Assembly (NCBI RefSeq): GCF_006345805.1
Contig: NW_021832757.1
Location: forward strand, 1 to 46,776
Length of the DNA stretch: 46,776 nucleotides
Reading direction: 5' to 3'
Source of the DNA: Octopus sinensis
Lineage: Eukaryota
Under the pieces are notes generated by a model. That model did not search any database, was not told the DNA's origin, and worked only from the letters and a program-made list of their open reading frames with translations. This document shows positions 23,286 to 34,576 of the stretch, piece after piece. The translations under genes were made by a program, and so were the position numbers. Each line of letters begins with the position of its first letter. The stretch's first letter is position 1.

Positions 23286-23827
23286 AAAATACAGTGTACA
23301 TTTAAACACATTAAGGACTCCCTTACGCTAGAAGGAACAGCTAAAATCTAAACCACTAATTAAGGAAAAATTCTCGAAGGGAATGAAAAATAAAAGCATT
23401 TACCATTTCCTGGACCATGATTTCTGATTTTTCTTAGCAAATAATAAAATATGTCGGGCGAAGTCTTCGTCAGCAGGTACGCTAAGATTAAATATAAAAA
23501 CACAAGGCTAATCCAGCATGTGCCGCTTGCGTATACATTTAAATTTTTCAAATCTATCGCGCAAGCGTAGTTTTTTGTCGGCAGTAAAAGATTGCCGGCA
23601 ATTTCTTCGAATGAATTTTCCAGAAATCATTGTACATAATTAATAATATCAGGGTAATAAATATTTTAGAAATTTTTACTACCAGTGGCCTAGCGCATAG
23701 AAAAATTGGTCAATAGACTATGTATTATTCATATAAAATACAGCGTACATTTAAACACATCAAGAGGTATCCATCATAGGACTCCCTTACGCTAGAAGGA
23801 ACAGCTAAAGTCCAAACCACTAATTAA
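23286..23827 (-). mobile_element. Partial-tandem Penelope-like pseudo-LTR structure
   Basis: Direct repeat 23286-23363 / 23735-23827; homologous to 26240-26460 in reverse; hammerhead-like motif at 23409-23477. Confidence 0.6.
23409..23477 (-). ncRNA. Hammerhead-ribozyme-like motif
   Basis: Minus strand: cctg CTGACGA a gac..atc a GAAA tcatg GTC cagg. Perfect 4-bp helix I; weak helix II. Confidence 0.55.
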
Positions 23828-23857
23828 CACGTTTATATGTATGTATGTATGTATGTA

Positions 23858-24368
23858 CCGTAAATCCTCGAGTATAGTCCACCCTTGAGTATAATACGCA
23901 GGGGATTTTTAGGAGGCTGTACCTCTGAAAAACCTAAACCTTGTGTATAATACGCACCCCTTCTCTGACTTGAGTCAAGGAGGTCTGTATAACGCCCTTG
24001 GTTTGTAAAAATATACAGGGTAATGTCCTTTATTATTATTGTATATATAACATAATGCAAACGTGTAGCCTTTTTGTGCATTTTGTTTACAGAAAATAAA
24101 GAAATAGCAGTAATAACGTTTAATAAATGTTGTTTACTGCTTTCTTTTATGATTCTTTTATGACTTTATTGCTTTCAGGCTTAGCTTAAGGTATTTTCGC
24201 GTCCGACATCACAAAATGCGTCTGAATAAACATAACCAGACAGCAAATAGAGACTCGGACATTGCTTAGAACATATTTTTCATTTTTAACCTCGTATAAA
24301 GTATGCACTAGGGATTTTGACCATTAAATTTGGGGGAAAGAATGCGGATTATACTCGAAGATTTACGG
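23858..24368. mobile_element. Tc1/mariner-superfamily (pogo-like) MITE with TA TSD
   Basis: ta|ccgtaaatcctcgagtata ... tatactcgaagatttacgg|ta (18 of 19 positions match); subterminal gtataatacgca repeats. Confidence 0.85.
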
Positions 24369-24475
24369 TATGTATGTATTTTAAAAAATGAGATGATAAA
24401 GGAATAAACAATTATTTATGAAGCTCACTAGCTTACAGTTGTTTCTGCTGTGTGACTGCGGTGTACACATAGTAG

Positions 24476-24584
24476 AGTGCCCGAGTACACCTTATAGCTT
24501 CATCGGTGTCTCGAATATGAAGTGCAATTTATGATAAATTGCACTTCGCGGCGCCGATGAAGATATCAATTATTACTTAGGCAC
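24476..24584. repeat. Short imperfect palindrome (probable MITE remnant)
   Basis: gaagtgcaatttat-g-ataaattgcacttc is nested inside cttcatcggtgtc/ggcgccgatgaag and gtgcccgagt/acttaggcac. Confidence 0.7.
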
Positions 24585-24814
24585 GTAACTGTGAGCCCAC
24601 TGCATCTTCTAAAGCAGAAACAGATAATGAAGTTCATAAGATATTCGCTCATTTCTTTGTATCTCATTTTTTATGTACACACACACACACACACACAAAC
24701 ACACACATACTGTCCATTCAGTTTCTCTGTTGTTGATGGAGGACCCACTCCAGAGCTTTAGATTTTTCTATCCTAACCGCATGTTAACTCTGCTCTTTTT
24801 CTCCATTTTACAAA

Positions 24815-24977
24815 CGTAGGAGTGGCTGTGTGGTAAGTAGCTTGTTTACGAACCACATGGTTACGGGTTCAGTCCCACTGCGTGGCACCTTGGGCAAGTG
24901 TCTTCTACTATAGCCTCGGGCCGACCAAAGCCTTGTGAGTGGATTTGGTAGACGGAAACTGAAAGAAGCCCGTCGTA

Positions 24978-25015
<38 letters not shown>

Positions 25016-25130
25016 TGTGTGTATTGTGTATCTGTGTTTGTATCCCTAGCATTGCTTGACAACCGATGCTGGTGTGTTTATGTCCCGTAACTTTGACTGA
25101 AACAAGTAAAAGAGTAAAGAGTAAAGAGTA
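24815..25130 (+). mobile_element. SINE family A with internal deletion in the 3' half
   Basis: Normal head, then cccgtaactt joins directly to tgactgaaacaag(taaagag)n. Confidence 0.85.
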
Positions 25131-25364
25131 TAAAACTATTGCTGACGCTGACAAATATCAGTCTCCTTGCTTTTTTTTTTTTTGCTTTGCTTTCTCAATA
25201 TCCAGGGCCCAGGTGTTTAACATACATCTAATGCATATACAGAGCGAAAAAGATTACTTTGAGATACAAGGTGTGTTTTATAAACCTACCTAGTTCAGGT
25301 ATTGTAAAAGCATGAAACTAGTATCAGCCCTTCTATAATATGTATTATATATATATATATATAT

Positions 25365-25565
25365 TCTTTTATTCTTTTACTTGTTTCAGTCGTTTGATTG
25401 TGGCCATGTTGGAGCACCGCCATTAGTTGAACAAATCGACCGCAAGATGTATTCTTTGTAAGCCTTAGTACTTATTCTATCGGTCTCTTGCCGAACCGCT
25501 AAGTTACAGGGACGTAAACGCACCATCATCGGTTGTCAAGCGATGGATGGGGGGACAAACACAGA
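25365..25565 (-). mobile_element. SINE family A, 3' half
   Basis: ttcttttacttgtttcagtcgtttgattgtggccatgttggagcaccgcc. Confidence 0.85.
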
Positions 25566-25581
25566 ATAGCAAATATATACA

Positions 25582-25635
<54 letters not shown>

Positions 25636-25636
25636 T

Positions 25637-25801
25637 GGCGCAGGGTGGCTGTGTGTAAGTAGCTGCTAACCAACCACATGGTTCTGGTTCAGTCCTACTG
25701 CGTGGCATCTTGGGCAAGTGTCTTCTGCTATAGCCCTGGGCCGACCATGCCTTGTGAGTGGATTTGGTAGACGGAAACTGAAAGAAGCCGTCGTATATAT
25801 G

Positions 25802-25836
<35 letters not shown>

Positions 25837-26040
25837 TTGTGTGTCTGTGTTTGTCCCCCTAGCATTGCTTGACAACCGATGCGGTGTGTTTGCGTCCCCG
25901 TCCTTAGCGGTTCGGCAATAGAGACCGATAGAATAAGTACTGGGCTTACAAAGAATAAGTCCCGGGGTCGATTTGCTCGACTAAAAAAAAAAGGCGGTGC
26001 TCCAGCATGACCGCAGTCAAATGACTGAAACAAGTAAAAA
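25637..26040 (+). mobile_element. SINE family A, full length
   Basis: Head, CORE-like segment, TA/TG tract and tail are all present. Confidence 0.9.
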
Positions 26041-26256
26041 AAAAAAAAAAAAAAGAGATATATATATATATATATATATATATTATGTATATATGTATGT
26101 ATGTATTATGTAGTTGTATGTATGTATGTATTATGTATGTATGTATGTATGTATATATATATATGTATGTATGTATGTATATATATACTTAAAATATAAT
26201 AATATATAATGATGAGATACGTGTAATTCTGTCTCTAAATTATATGTTAATGTTGG

Positions 26257-26333
26257 CTACCTACTGATGAGAACTTCGCCTAGCAAATTATTTTATTTGC
26301 GAATTAAGGTTCGAAATCTAGGTCTGGCTGTAG
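26257..26333 (+). ncRNA. Hammerhead-ribozyme-like motif with canonical core, inside a pseudo-LTR remnant (~26200-26460)
   Basis: ctac.cta CTGATGA gaac ttcgc..caaat/atttg..gcgaa..gttc GAAA tctag GTC tggctgtag. Confidence 0.7.
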
Positions 26334-26477
26334 AACATGGTAAATGTTATTATTTTTTATTCCCTTCGAAATTGCTATTAACTGTGGTTTTGGACTTTTG
26401 ACTGTTCCTTCTAGCAAGGATCACTTCTTTTTGTGTTTAAATGTACACTAATTTTATATGGTATATATATATATATA

Positions 26478-26828
26478 TGACGGGCTTCTTTCAGTGTCTG
26501 TCCTTAGTCAGCTCGAGGCTAAAGCAGAAAGCACTTGCCCATGATGCCACGCAGTGGGACTGAACCCAGGGCCATCTGGTTGGGAAACAAACTTCTTACC
26601 ACAAAGCCAAGCCTGTACCTATATATATACTCTTTTACTTGTTTCAGCCATTTGACTGTGGTCATGCTGGAGCACCGCCTTTAGTCGAGGAAATCGACCC
26701 CAGGACTTATTCTTTGTAAGCCTAATACTTATTCTATCGGTGTCTCTTGCCGAACCGCTAAGTTACGTGGACATAAACATACCAGCATCAGTTATCAAGC
26801 GATATTGGAGGACAACACAGACACACAA
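26478..26828 (-). mobile_element. Two adjacent SINE family A fragments (5' half 26478-26615; 3' half of another copy 26631-26828)
   Basis: Matches to the family head and tail respectively. Confidence 0.8.
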
Positions 26829-26973
26829 ACATATACATATAATATATATATATATATATTATATATAATATATATTATATAGATTGATGATTGATTGATT
26901 GATTTTAGTTTCAGCTCATTGAGCTGTGGCCATGCTGGGGCACCGCCATTTCGTGTTGCTACACGGTTTTACT

Positions 26974-29909
26974 TCACGAAAGCTTTTTAGCGACTGCCAT
27001 TTGGTGCATGAGAGAGTTCGATGCAGCTGCCCTCATCTGCCCCTCCTGTCGTGAAGTTGGTTCATCTGGGACACCTGACAGGAGGAGATCCAGTTTCATT
27101 TTAAAGACATCTGCATCCACCCCATGCAGGTCTCTTAGGTTCTTCGGGAGGATATTGAAGAGCTGTGGGCCTCGGAAGCCCAGGCTATCACAGTATCTTG
27201 TCCTACATCTTGATGGCAAATTTGGAGTCCTAAGCACCACGCAGTGGCGCCCAGTTCTGGCATTTGTGTAACTCTCGATGCCAAAGTTCGGGACACGTCC
27301 CTCCAGGATCTTCCAGATGTATATTATGGCATATCTTTTCCGCCTACGCTCCAAGGAATATAGTTTTAATCTCTTTAGTCTTTCCCAGTAGCTTACATTC
27401 TGCATAGAGGCTGTTTCTTCGTGTAGCTACGTTGGATCGCCTCGAGTTCTGTGATGAACTTGACGCTGGATGGTGACCATAACTGAGAGCAATAGTCAAA
27501 GTGGCTTAGGACAAGTGTCTTCCAGAGGACCATCATGGTTTCTTGTTCTCTGTTTCTGAAGGTTCTGAGAATCCATCCGGCCAGTCGTCTACATTTCATT
27601 GCAAAATTAGCAACATGTACGAAAGGTGCGTCATCACTCATGTAAATACCCAGGTCACGCACTGATTGTGCCTCTGGGATTGCTATTCCTCCGGGTCCAG
27701 TGTATTCATTGGGTATTGCATTTAGCTTTGCATGTTGATAGTATAAAGCTTGAAACTTTTCAGCATTGAACTGCATGCTATTCTTTTCAGCCCACTTGTA
27801 TATTTTGTCCAGCTCACATTGCAGGCGTTTAGTGTCCTCAGGGTTCTGTATTGCCTGTGAAACTTTTGTATCATCTGCATAACTTGTGATCGTGGCTCTC
27901 TGCGTGGCTGAGGGCATGTCTGAGAGGGCCATTATGAACAGTAGTGGTCCCAAAACAGTGCCCTGCGGAACACCGCTCACTATTTGCGTGTTAAGGGAAG
28001 TGGCCCCATTGGCTACTACCACCTGACTTCTATCTTTCAGAAAGTCATGAAGCCATTCTCCCAGTTTTCCAACTATGTTGAGATCACGCAGTTTGTGAGA
28101 TATCATTCCATGATCGACTTTATCAAAGGCCTTTGCAAAGTCGAGATATATCACTTCCACATTTTAGTGGTTGAGCAGCCGTTTCAGCACCCAGTCATAG
28201 TGTTGTAGGAGCTGAGTTAAACAGCTTCTTCCTGGTCGGAAACCATGTTGGGTGTGTCGGGCAGCAAGTCATTTTCTTCAAGAAGGTGATCAGTTCCTTC
28301 TGACTATTCGTTCCATGACCTTGCTGATGTGTGAGGTCAGAGAGATAGGTCTGTAGTTCTTGGCCTCTGCTCTGCTACCTCCTTTGTGAATGGGGCATAT
28401 TTTACTTTCCTTCAGTTTTCTTAGAAGTTTGCCAGCTGCAAGGAAGCTCTGAAAGAGGAACTGCAGTGGTCTTGCTAGGACTCTCTTACTTACTTTTAGG
28501 AGGATTGCCGGGAATCCATCGGGGCCAGTAGCTGAGTCTGTTTTCAGTTCATCTATAGCCTTTATTACATCGTCTTCCTTTATATCGATGTAATCTATCG
28601 TTGCCGCCTCTGATTTTATATCTGCAGTGGTAAAGAAGTCCGTTGGATTGGTGATTTGGAGATGCCCAAGGGGTGGAGTGAAAACACTCTTGAATTGCTC
28701 ATTCAGTATTTCACTTACCCTCATTGGTTTTCCTGCAAGTGTGCCGTCCTTTTCAAGGAGTGGCCCTATCCTACAGTGCGCCGTAGCTGTTTCTTTGGCA
28801 TACCTGTAGAAAGCTCTGGGGTTAGATTTTATGTTGCCTATAGCCCAGGCTTCTTTGTCTGCTCTTTCCTTTTCATGGGAGAGTTGCAGACATTTTTCAA
28901 TTTCCAACAGTTTTATTCTCAGGCGGGACTTTTCACTGCTTTCAATCTGTTTGTTTAGGCGATTTGAAATTTTTGTACGCCGTCTCATTAAAATTTTCCT
29001 CTCTCTGGGGATTTTGTTCTTGTGTACAGTGGCTTTTCTCTCTGGGACACATTTGTAGCATATGGCTTGCATTACAGACATGAATTGTTGGAGTTTCACG
29101 TCGATGTCTGGCGAGGAGAGACATTTAGGCCAGTTTTGTTTGAGGATCTCTTTCTCAATTTGTTTCCAGTTTGCCTTATGGTAGTTCAAGCTGGAAAGAT
29201 TCTGAGGGTTCTTGTAGCTGTATGTCCGTGGTCTCTTTTGGCCCGTACATTGTCAGCTCTACCATGTTGTGATCCGAGAGTAGTGTCGGTGTCACTTTCA
29301 CATTATGGATGAGATCCATATTATTTGTGAAGCAGAGATCCAGTGTGTTCCTGCCCTGGTTGGTTGGAGTATTACTTGCTCCATGTACAGGGTGTTGATG
29401 AGGTTCAGGAGGGACCTCGCCTGTCCTCGTTCACATCTTGTCATTCCCGGAGAGAAAGGCCTCGGGCCATCTGACATTGGGTAGATTGAAGTCTCCCATA
29501 AGAAGTACACTTATGTGTTGTTTTCTAATGTGATTAGAACTTCTTCTTTTTTATAAGGCAGTCTTCAAACTTGCCTACATGGCTTGGGGCATCTGGAGGG
29601 CGATATGTAGCACACATAACTACATCAAGTTGCCTTATATGTACAATTCGTGTGTCACACACCGAGTTTGAGTATGGCAAAAGGACCTGGGGTGTGAGGT
29701 CCTCACGGATGTACATAGCAACTCCTCCATGACTCCTTTCTTTTCTGTCGGTCCGTAGTACAACATACTGTGGTATGTGTAATTCCGCATCTGCTATGTT
29801 CCGTAAGCGCTATGCATAAGGCTTGATTGCATGCAACAAAGTCTCTCAAGAACGGGATTTTTGTCCTGTTACTGAGTGTTTGCAGTCCTCTGATGTTTAG
29901 TAGGAGCAT
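26974..29909 (-). pseudogene. ORF2: apurinic-like endonuclease plus reverse transcriptase (fragmented)
   Basis: Collinear ORF-track pieces 29703-29909, 29534-29716, 29298-29510, 28290-29189, 27393-28160, 26974-27405. Confidence 0.9.
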
Positions 29910-30793
29910 CGAGGTGAGGTGTATGTTGTTCCCGGCGGTGTCCATCTTGGGTCTGTTTGCTGTGGTGGTCTTGTATATTGTGGGTAGTCCCACCTGCGAG
30001 CTTGGTTTGATGAAGCCAGGTCAGCTGCTGTACAATCTTTTGTGCCAGCACAAAAAGATTCTTGCTCAGCAGCTGCCCTTTCAACAACATCATGTTGGCG
30101 GTTTGTGGTACGCACCACATCTGCGTACCTCCGTTTTGGGGCATGTGGTGCGTGATCCATCCCTTTTCCTTGTGTTGATGGTTTGTTTATCTGTTTCGTG
30201 TCTCTGCGGCAGGGTCCCCGATGTGCAAAGCGGCAGCCTGCACCTTCCTCTCCATGCCAGCAGGTACCTCTCAGGTAGAACCTACACCCGTGTGCGCTGT
30301 TTGTTTCCATCCTTTGCGGTTCCACTTCTATTCCTGGTGTTTCACCCTTTGGTCCTGCTTGAGCTTTTCCTTTAGCTCTTTCAGTCCTTCTTTTAGTTCT
30401 TCCTCCCCCTACTTCTTCCCTGGGTTCTCCATCTCCATGGCCCTTGCTGCCAGTAGGAGCACTTGCACTTGGGTTCACTTCCTGGGCAGGTTTCTCACTC
30501 AAAACCCCTTCACGGGTGTCCACCAGGTGGGGGTGACTTCTTTCATCGTCTCCATCCTTGCCTTCCTTGCCCTGCTCGTTCTCAAAGATGGCATCAAGTG
30601 TGCCAATGTGCGACCTTACAAGCGCATAGGAGCGTATGAATTCCTGTTTCTTTCGCTCTATCTGCGCTATCGTCCTTTTGTGGTTGCCGCTCTTCAGCGC
30701 AGCCGTGATCACATTGTTAGGATTTTCTCCGTCGGCGCATTTCCAGGCTCGTACGAATAACGCCAGTTCGTCAAGTCTCCAGGCTCTGGACAT
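29897..30793 (-). CDS. LINE ORF1 protein with C-x7-C-x8-C-x3-H zinc finger (C-terminal part may be frameshifted)
   Basis: 298-aa ATG-initiated ORF directly upstream of ORF2; CRFYLRGTCWHGEEGAGCRFAH at 30221-30286. Confidence 0.7.
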   Translation of the reverse strand: MSRAWRLDELALFVRAWKCADGENPNNVITAALKSGNHKRTIAQIERKKQEFIRSYALVRSHIGTLDAIFENEQGKEGKDGDDERSHPHLVDTREGVLSEKPAQEVNPSASAPTGSKGHGDGEPREEVGGGRTKRRTERAKGKAQAGPKGETPGIEVEPQRMETNSAHGCRFYLRGTCWHGEEGAGCRFAHRGPCRRDTKQINKPSTQGKGMDHAPHAPKRRYADVVRTTNRQHDVVERAAAEQESFCAGTKDCTAADLASSNQARRWDYPQYTRPPQQTDPRWTPPGTTYTSPRCSY

Positions 30794-31399
30794 GTTGGAT
30801 AATCTATCTAATTATGTTCGAGAGAGGACAAGAAGATATATATTTATGCGACTATATATTTAGAGAAATTGAGAAGGTGAGAGAGGAAAGATTGAGAGCT
30901 GAGGGAAGACAAGAAGATATATATTTATGCGACTATATACCCAGAGAGACCGAGAAGGTGAGAGAGGAAAGACTGTGACAGAGAGAGGTGGAGAAGTGAA
31001 GAGACAAGGGAAGATTGAATGGCCGAAAGAAGAGAGATGAGAAGGCGAGAGAGGAAAGACTGCGACAGAGAGAAGTGGAGAAGTGAAGAGACAAGGGAAG
31101 AGAAGAGACAAGGGGAGATTGAATGGCTGAAAGAGGAGAGATAGTGTGATAGAGAGAAGTAAAGAGACAGAGGGAGAAAGAGAGATAAAAATGAAAGATT
31201 AAGAAAATGAGAGATTATTAACAGGAAAGCTGGTTGTTATCAGAGTTTGCGTCTATGCATATATACGTATACATATATATATACACGTGCACACACACAC
31301 ACATATATACACAAAACGGAGAGAGAGAAGCTGGAAGAAATAAAGTGAGGAAAAATATTAAAATATATTAAAGTGTGGAGAAGAAATATTAAAATATAT

Positions 31400-32480
31400 T
31401 AAAGTCTGGAGAAGAAAGGGTTATTTAATCCTAAAGCCAGTTTCAGGAGGATAAGGTATAAAAGCGAGAACAGATGTAAACAAGAACGGCGTTCGTAACT
31501 TTTAACGGAGATGTAAGCTTAAGTTAAGGGGGATAAAATAGGATAATAAACAAAACATGAAATAGAAGATGAAAGTGATACTTAATCCAACGATGTGGTC
31601 TGGGTTTTTGTGCTTCACGGAATTATTTTCCAGGAGAGATGTTTCTTTTTCCTTCTTGCAGGAGACAAATTAATTCAGTGAGTTTTTCCACCATGTGCGT
31701 TTTCGGCGAATTGAAAATGACTGTATTTGGCTTCAGGCAAAATATATTACGTTTTTGATTAATATATTTGTAACCAAAGTGTTGTAGTGGACTTTATGAG
31801 TTGAATTTGTGACTTTCAGTAGATTATTTCGCCGATCTATGCAAACTTTCTGCCTTTTTTAACAGAGCAAAGGCGAGACATATATACATATATACGACGG
31901 GCGTCTTTCAGTTTCCGTCAACCAAATCCACTCACAAGAATTTGGTCGGCCCGAGGCTATAGAAGAAGACACTTGCCCAAGGTGCCACGCAGTGGGACTG
32001 AACCCGGACCCATGTGGATGGTAAGCAAGCTACTTACCACACACCCACACCTGCCTTCCTGTAACTACCAGTTTCATCTCTGGCCGAGTGAGTCTTTTTA
32101 GATTGAAGGGTTTCTTGAAAAAGATGTTCCGTTTATTTCATTGAGACTTGGCATTTTTATTGTGGCGGAGCTGATTTCTTCCCTTTTTATTTGCTATCAT
32201 TCAAAGGCAAAGTGGACAAGTCTTGTAGAGATCTGCGTCTGTTTTGTTTTTGTGTGTGATTAAATAAATTGAAAACGCTTGATAATATTTATTTTCACTT
32301 AGTCCTGTTGTCTGCAAATAGGTGTGGTAGTATGGTTATTGAGCAAACATAGGGGTTTGGTCGAGAATGTGCGGTTCATTAGTGTATAAATATTTATATT
32401 CATATTGGTCACGGTAAGGTTTTCTTTTTTTTTTTTCGTAAGGGAAATATTTACGTTGGATGCAGACAATGGCAGCACCC
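31400..32480 (-). mobile_element. Possible highly decayed Penelope-like coding remnant, interrupted by a SINE
   Basis: Only scattered motif-like peptides (NVIYFA, WKII, KTCPLCL) in shifting frames. Confidence 0.2.
31895..32055 (-). mobile_element. SINE family A, 5' half
   Basis: cgacgggc..ccactcacaag..acacttgcccaaggtgccacgcagtgggactgaaccc..cttaccacaca. Confidence 0.9.
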
Positions 32481-32731
32481 ATAAGTGGAATTTATGACTA
32501 TTAATAAAATATTTTGTGGATGGGGGATATTTGTGTGTGTGGAGTGAAAGGATGTGTGGAGTGAAGGGGTAAATGGAGTAAAGGTTTCCTGTACATGCTG
32601 TGTATATTAATCATATACACACGTATACGCGCACACACAAACATACGAACTCCCACACTCACGCTCGCATATACGTATATGCATATATGTATACATACTT
32701 ACACACACCATGGGTACTTACATGAATATGT

Positions 32732-32847
32732 CACGTGATCACATGACCGACCAGACCATCAGATGTTGTTACACATCGCTGGTCACAATGCGTTCGCATT
32801 GTTTTAGCCTTCGAATGACGCCACCCCGCTGGCTAAGCGAGCAGGCC
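32732..32847 (-). mobile_element. 116-bp retroposed fragment with 13-bp TSD (probably a LINE 3' end)
   Basis: tacatgaatatgt at 32719-32731 and 32848-32860 flanks GC-richer sequence. Strand and family are inferred. Confidence 0.7.
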
Positions 32848-32863
32848 TACATGAATATGTATG

Positions 32864-32922
<59 letters not shown>

Positions 32923-32940
32923 TTATGTATGTATATATGT

Positions 32941-32971
<31 letters not shown>

Positions 32972-33112
32972 CGTGCCTGCGTGTATCGTTTTTGTATTTT
33001 GTTTGAAAAATTCTTCATGTGAAATCGTGTGTTGAAACAGAATTTGTTATCTTGGGAGGGTCATCTTTTTAGCATAGTGACCCTCGACAGATACAAAAAT
33101 AAATTTATATAC

Positions 33113-33145
<33 letters not shown>

Positions 33146-33691
33146 AATACATTACATATATATACAAATATGCATACACACACACACACATGCACACACA
33201 CACACACATACATAAATTAAATAATAAGGGTAGAAATTGATAATAATCAATTAAAATCAGTGGCTTAGCATATTTAAAAAATCCAAAGATCAAAAATTGA
33301 GTTACATATATATATATATAAGCTCAAGTTCACCCGTCCTGTCGAAAAGACGCCTGTATGTGACGTCCTGTTTTTGTTATTATTATTATCATTATTATTT
33401 TTACGTATTTTTGTATTCTTATTCGTTCCAGTCCTTGTTTTGTATACATTCGAGGCTTTCTTCCAAGGAATCTAATGCGCTTGGCTTAGATTTTCCTTTG
33501 GGGCTGGCCAGGTCGGAGCAATCTCAAGATTAATCAGCCGAAATTGCGAGGATGATACGGTTCTTGGCTGAAGATTGAAGGCTTCGAATGTCCCGTCCGT
33601 GTTTTTTGTATCGTCTTCTAAATGTTTTGCGTTCTAGTCCCAGTTTGTATTTTTTTTACATATACACACGTATATATATATATGTATATAC

Positions 33692-33829
<138 letters not shown>

Positions 33830-34137
33830 TTGACAGACAGACTGGAAGGGAGCGAGGGAGGGAAAGGTTGAGAGAAATTGAAAGTGAAAAGAGTAAAAGC
33901 AGAGCATACCATCAGGCCACCATATCACATCACCATCACATGATCAATGCAAATGACATCACCACGGAATCATACAAAACAAACATTGATGCCATCAAAT
34001 AAACGTACCTCCTATCTCCCTCTTCCTCTCCCCCCTCTCTCTCTCTCGATCTCCCTCCCTCTCTCTCTCTCTCTTGCCACACACAGACACAAACCTACAC
34101 ATGTTTATTAACAAAACTATATACATGAAAGTGTGTT

Positions 34138-34168
<31 letters not shown>

Positions 34169-34515
34169 GTTTACATACATACACACACACTCACACACAA
34201 ACACACACACACAAACACATATATTACATATATATAGGTATGCTTATATGTATATATGTATGCACGCAGACTGAAGGAAATGACTAAAAATGTCAAACTT
34301 CTTGCACATGTATGCATGTAAGTGTGTGTGTATGCGTGCGTGTGTTTGAGTGTATGTGTATAGTATATATACATTATATATATATATGCATATATACATT
34401 ATATATATATATATGCATATATATAAGTAACTATATAATAAATATATAAATATATATATATATATGTATATATATACATACATGCAGACCACAACACACA
34501 CACACACACACACAC

Positions 34516-34575
<60 letters not shown>

Positions 34576-34576
34576 T

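Larger units (their letters stand above)
26883..31190 (-). mobile_element. Nearly full-length CR1-group LINE (5' UTR with tandem duplications, ORF1, APE-RT ORF2, 3' UTR, (ATCA)n tail); inactivated
   Basis: APE motifs LLNIRGL, IALTE, GGVAMYIR, ATYRPP, PTRAG. RT motifs NYRPISLTS, QHGFRPGRSCLTQLL, YLDFAKAFDKVDH, VPQGTVLGPLLF, YADDTK. C-terminal YWERL..LYSLERRR. Frameshifts and a nonsense codon are present. The 5' boundary is uncertain. Confidence 0.9.

Noticed and set aside
29827-30760. Plus-strand ORFs of 182 aa and 179 aa
   Set aside because: Antisense shadows of LINE ORF1 with no independent motif.
26883-31190. Intact, active LINE with only assembly indels
   Set aside because: Besides frameshifts there is an in-frame TAA (NH*NV, about 28165-28167) where the second copy has TCA, so this copy is genuinely inactivated.
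33565-33600. CTGAAGA-ttgaaggcttc-GAAT as a hammerhead core (also in the 9517 and 36957 copies)
   Set aside because: GAAT instead of GAAA, a 1-nt helix II loop, and no helix I/III partners.
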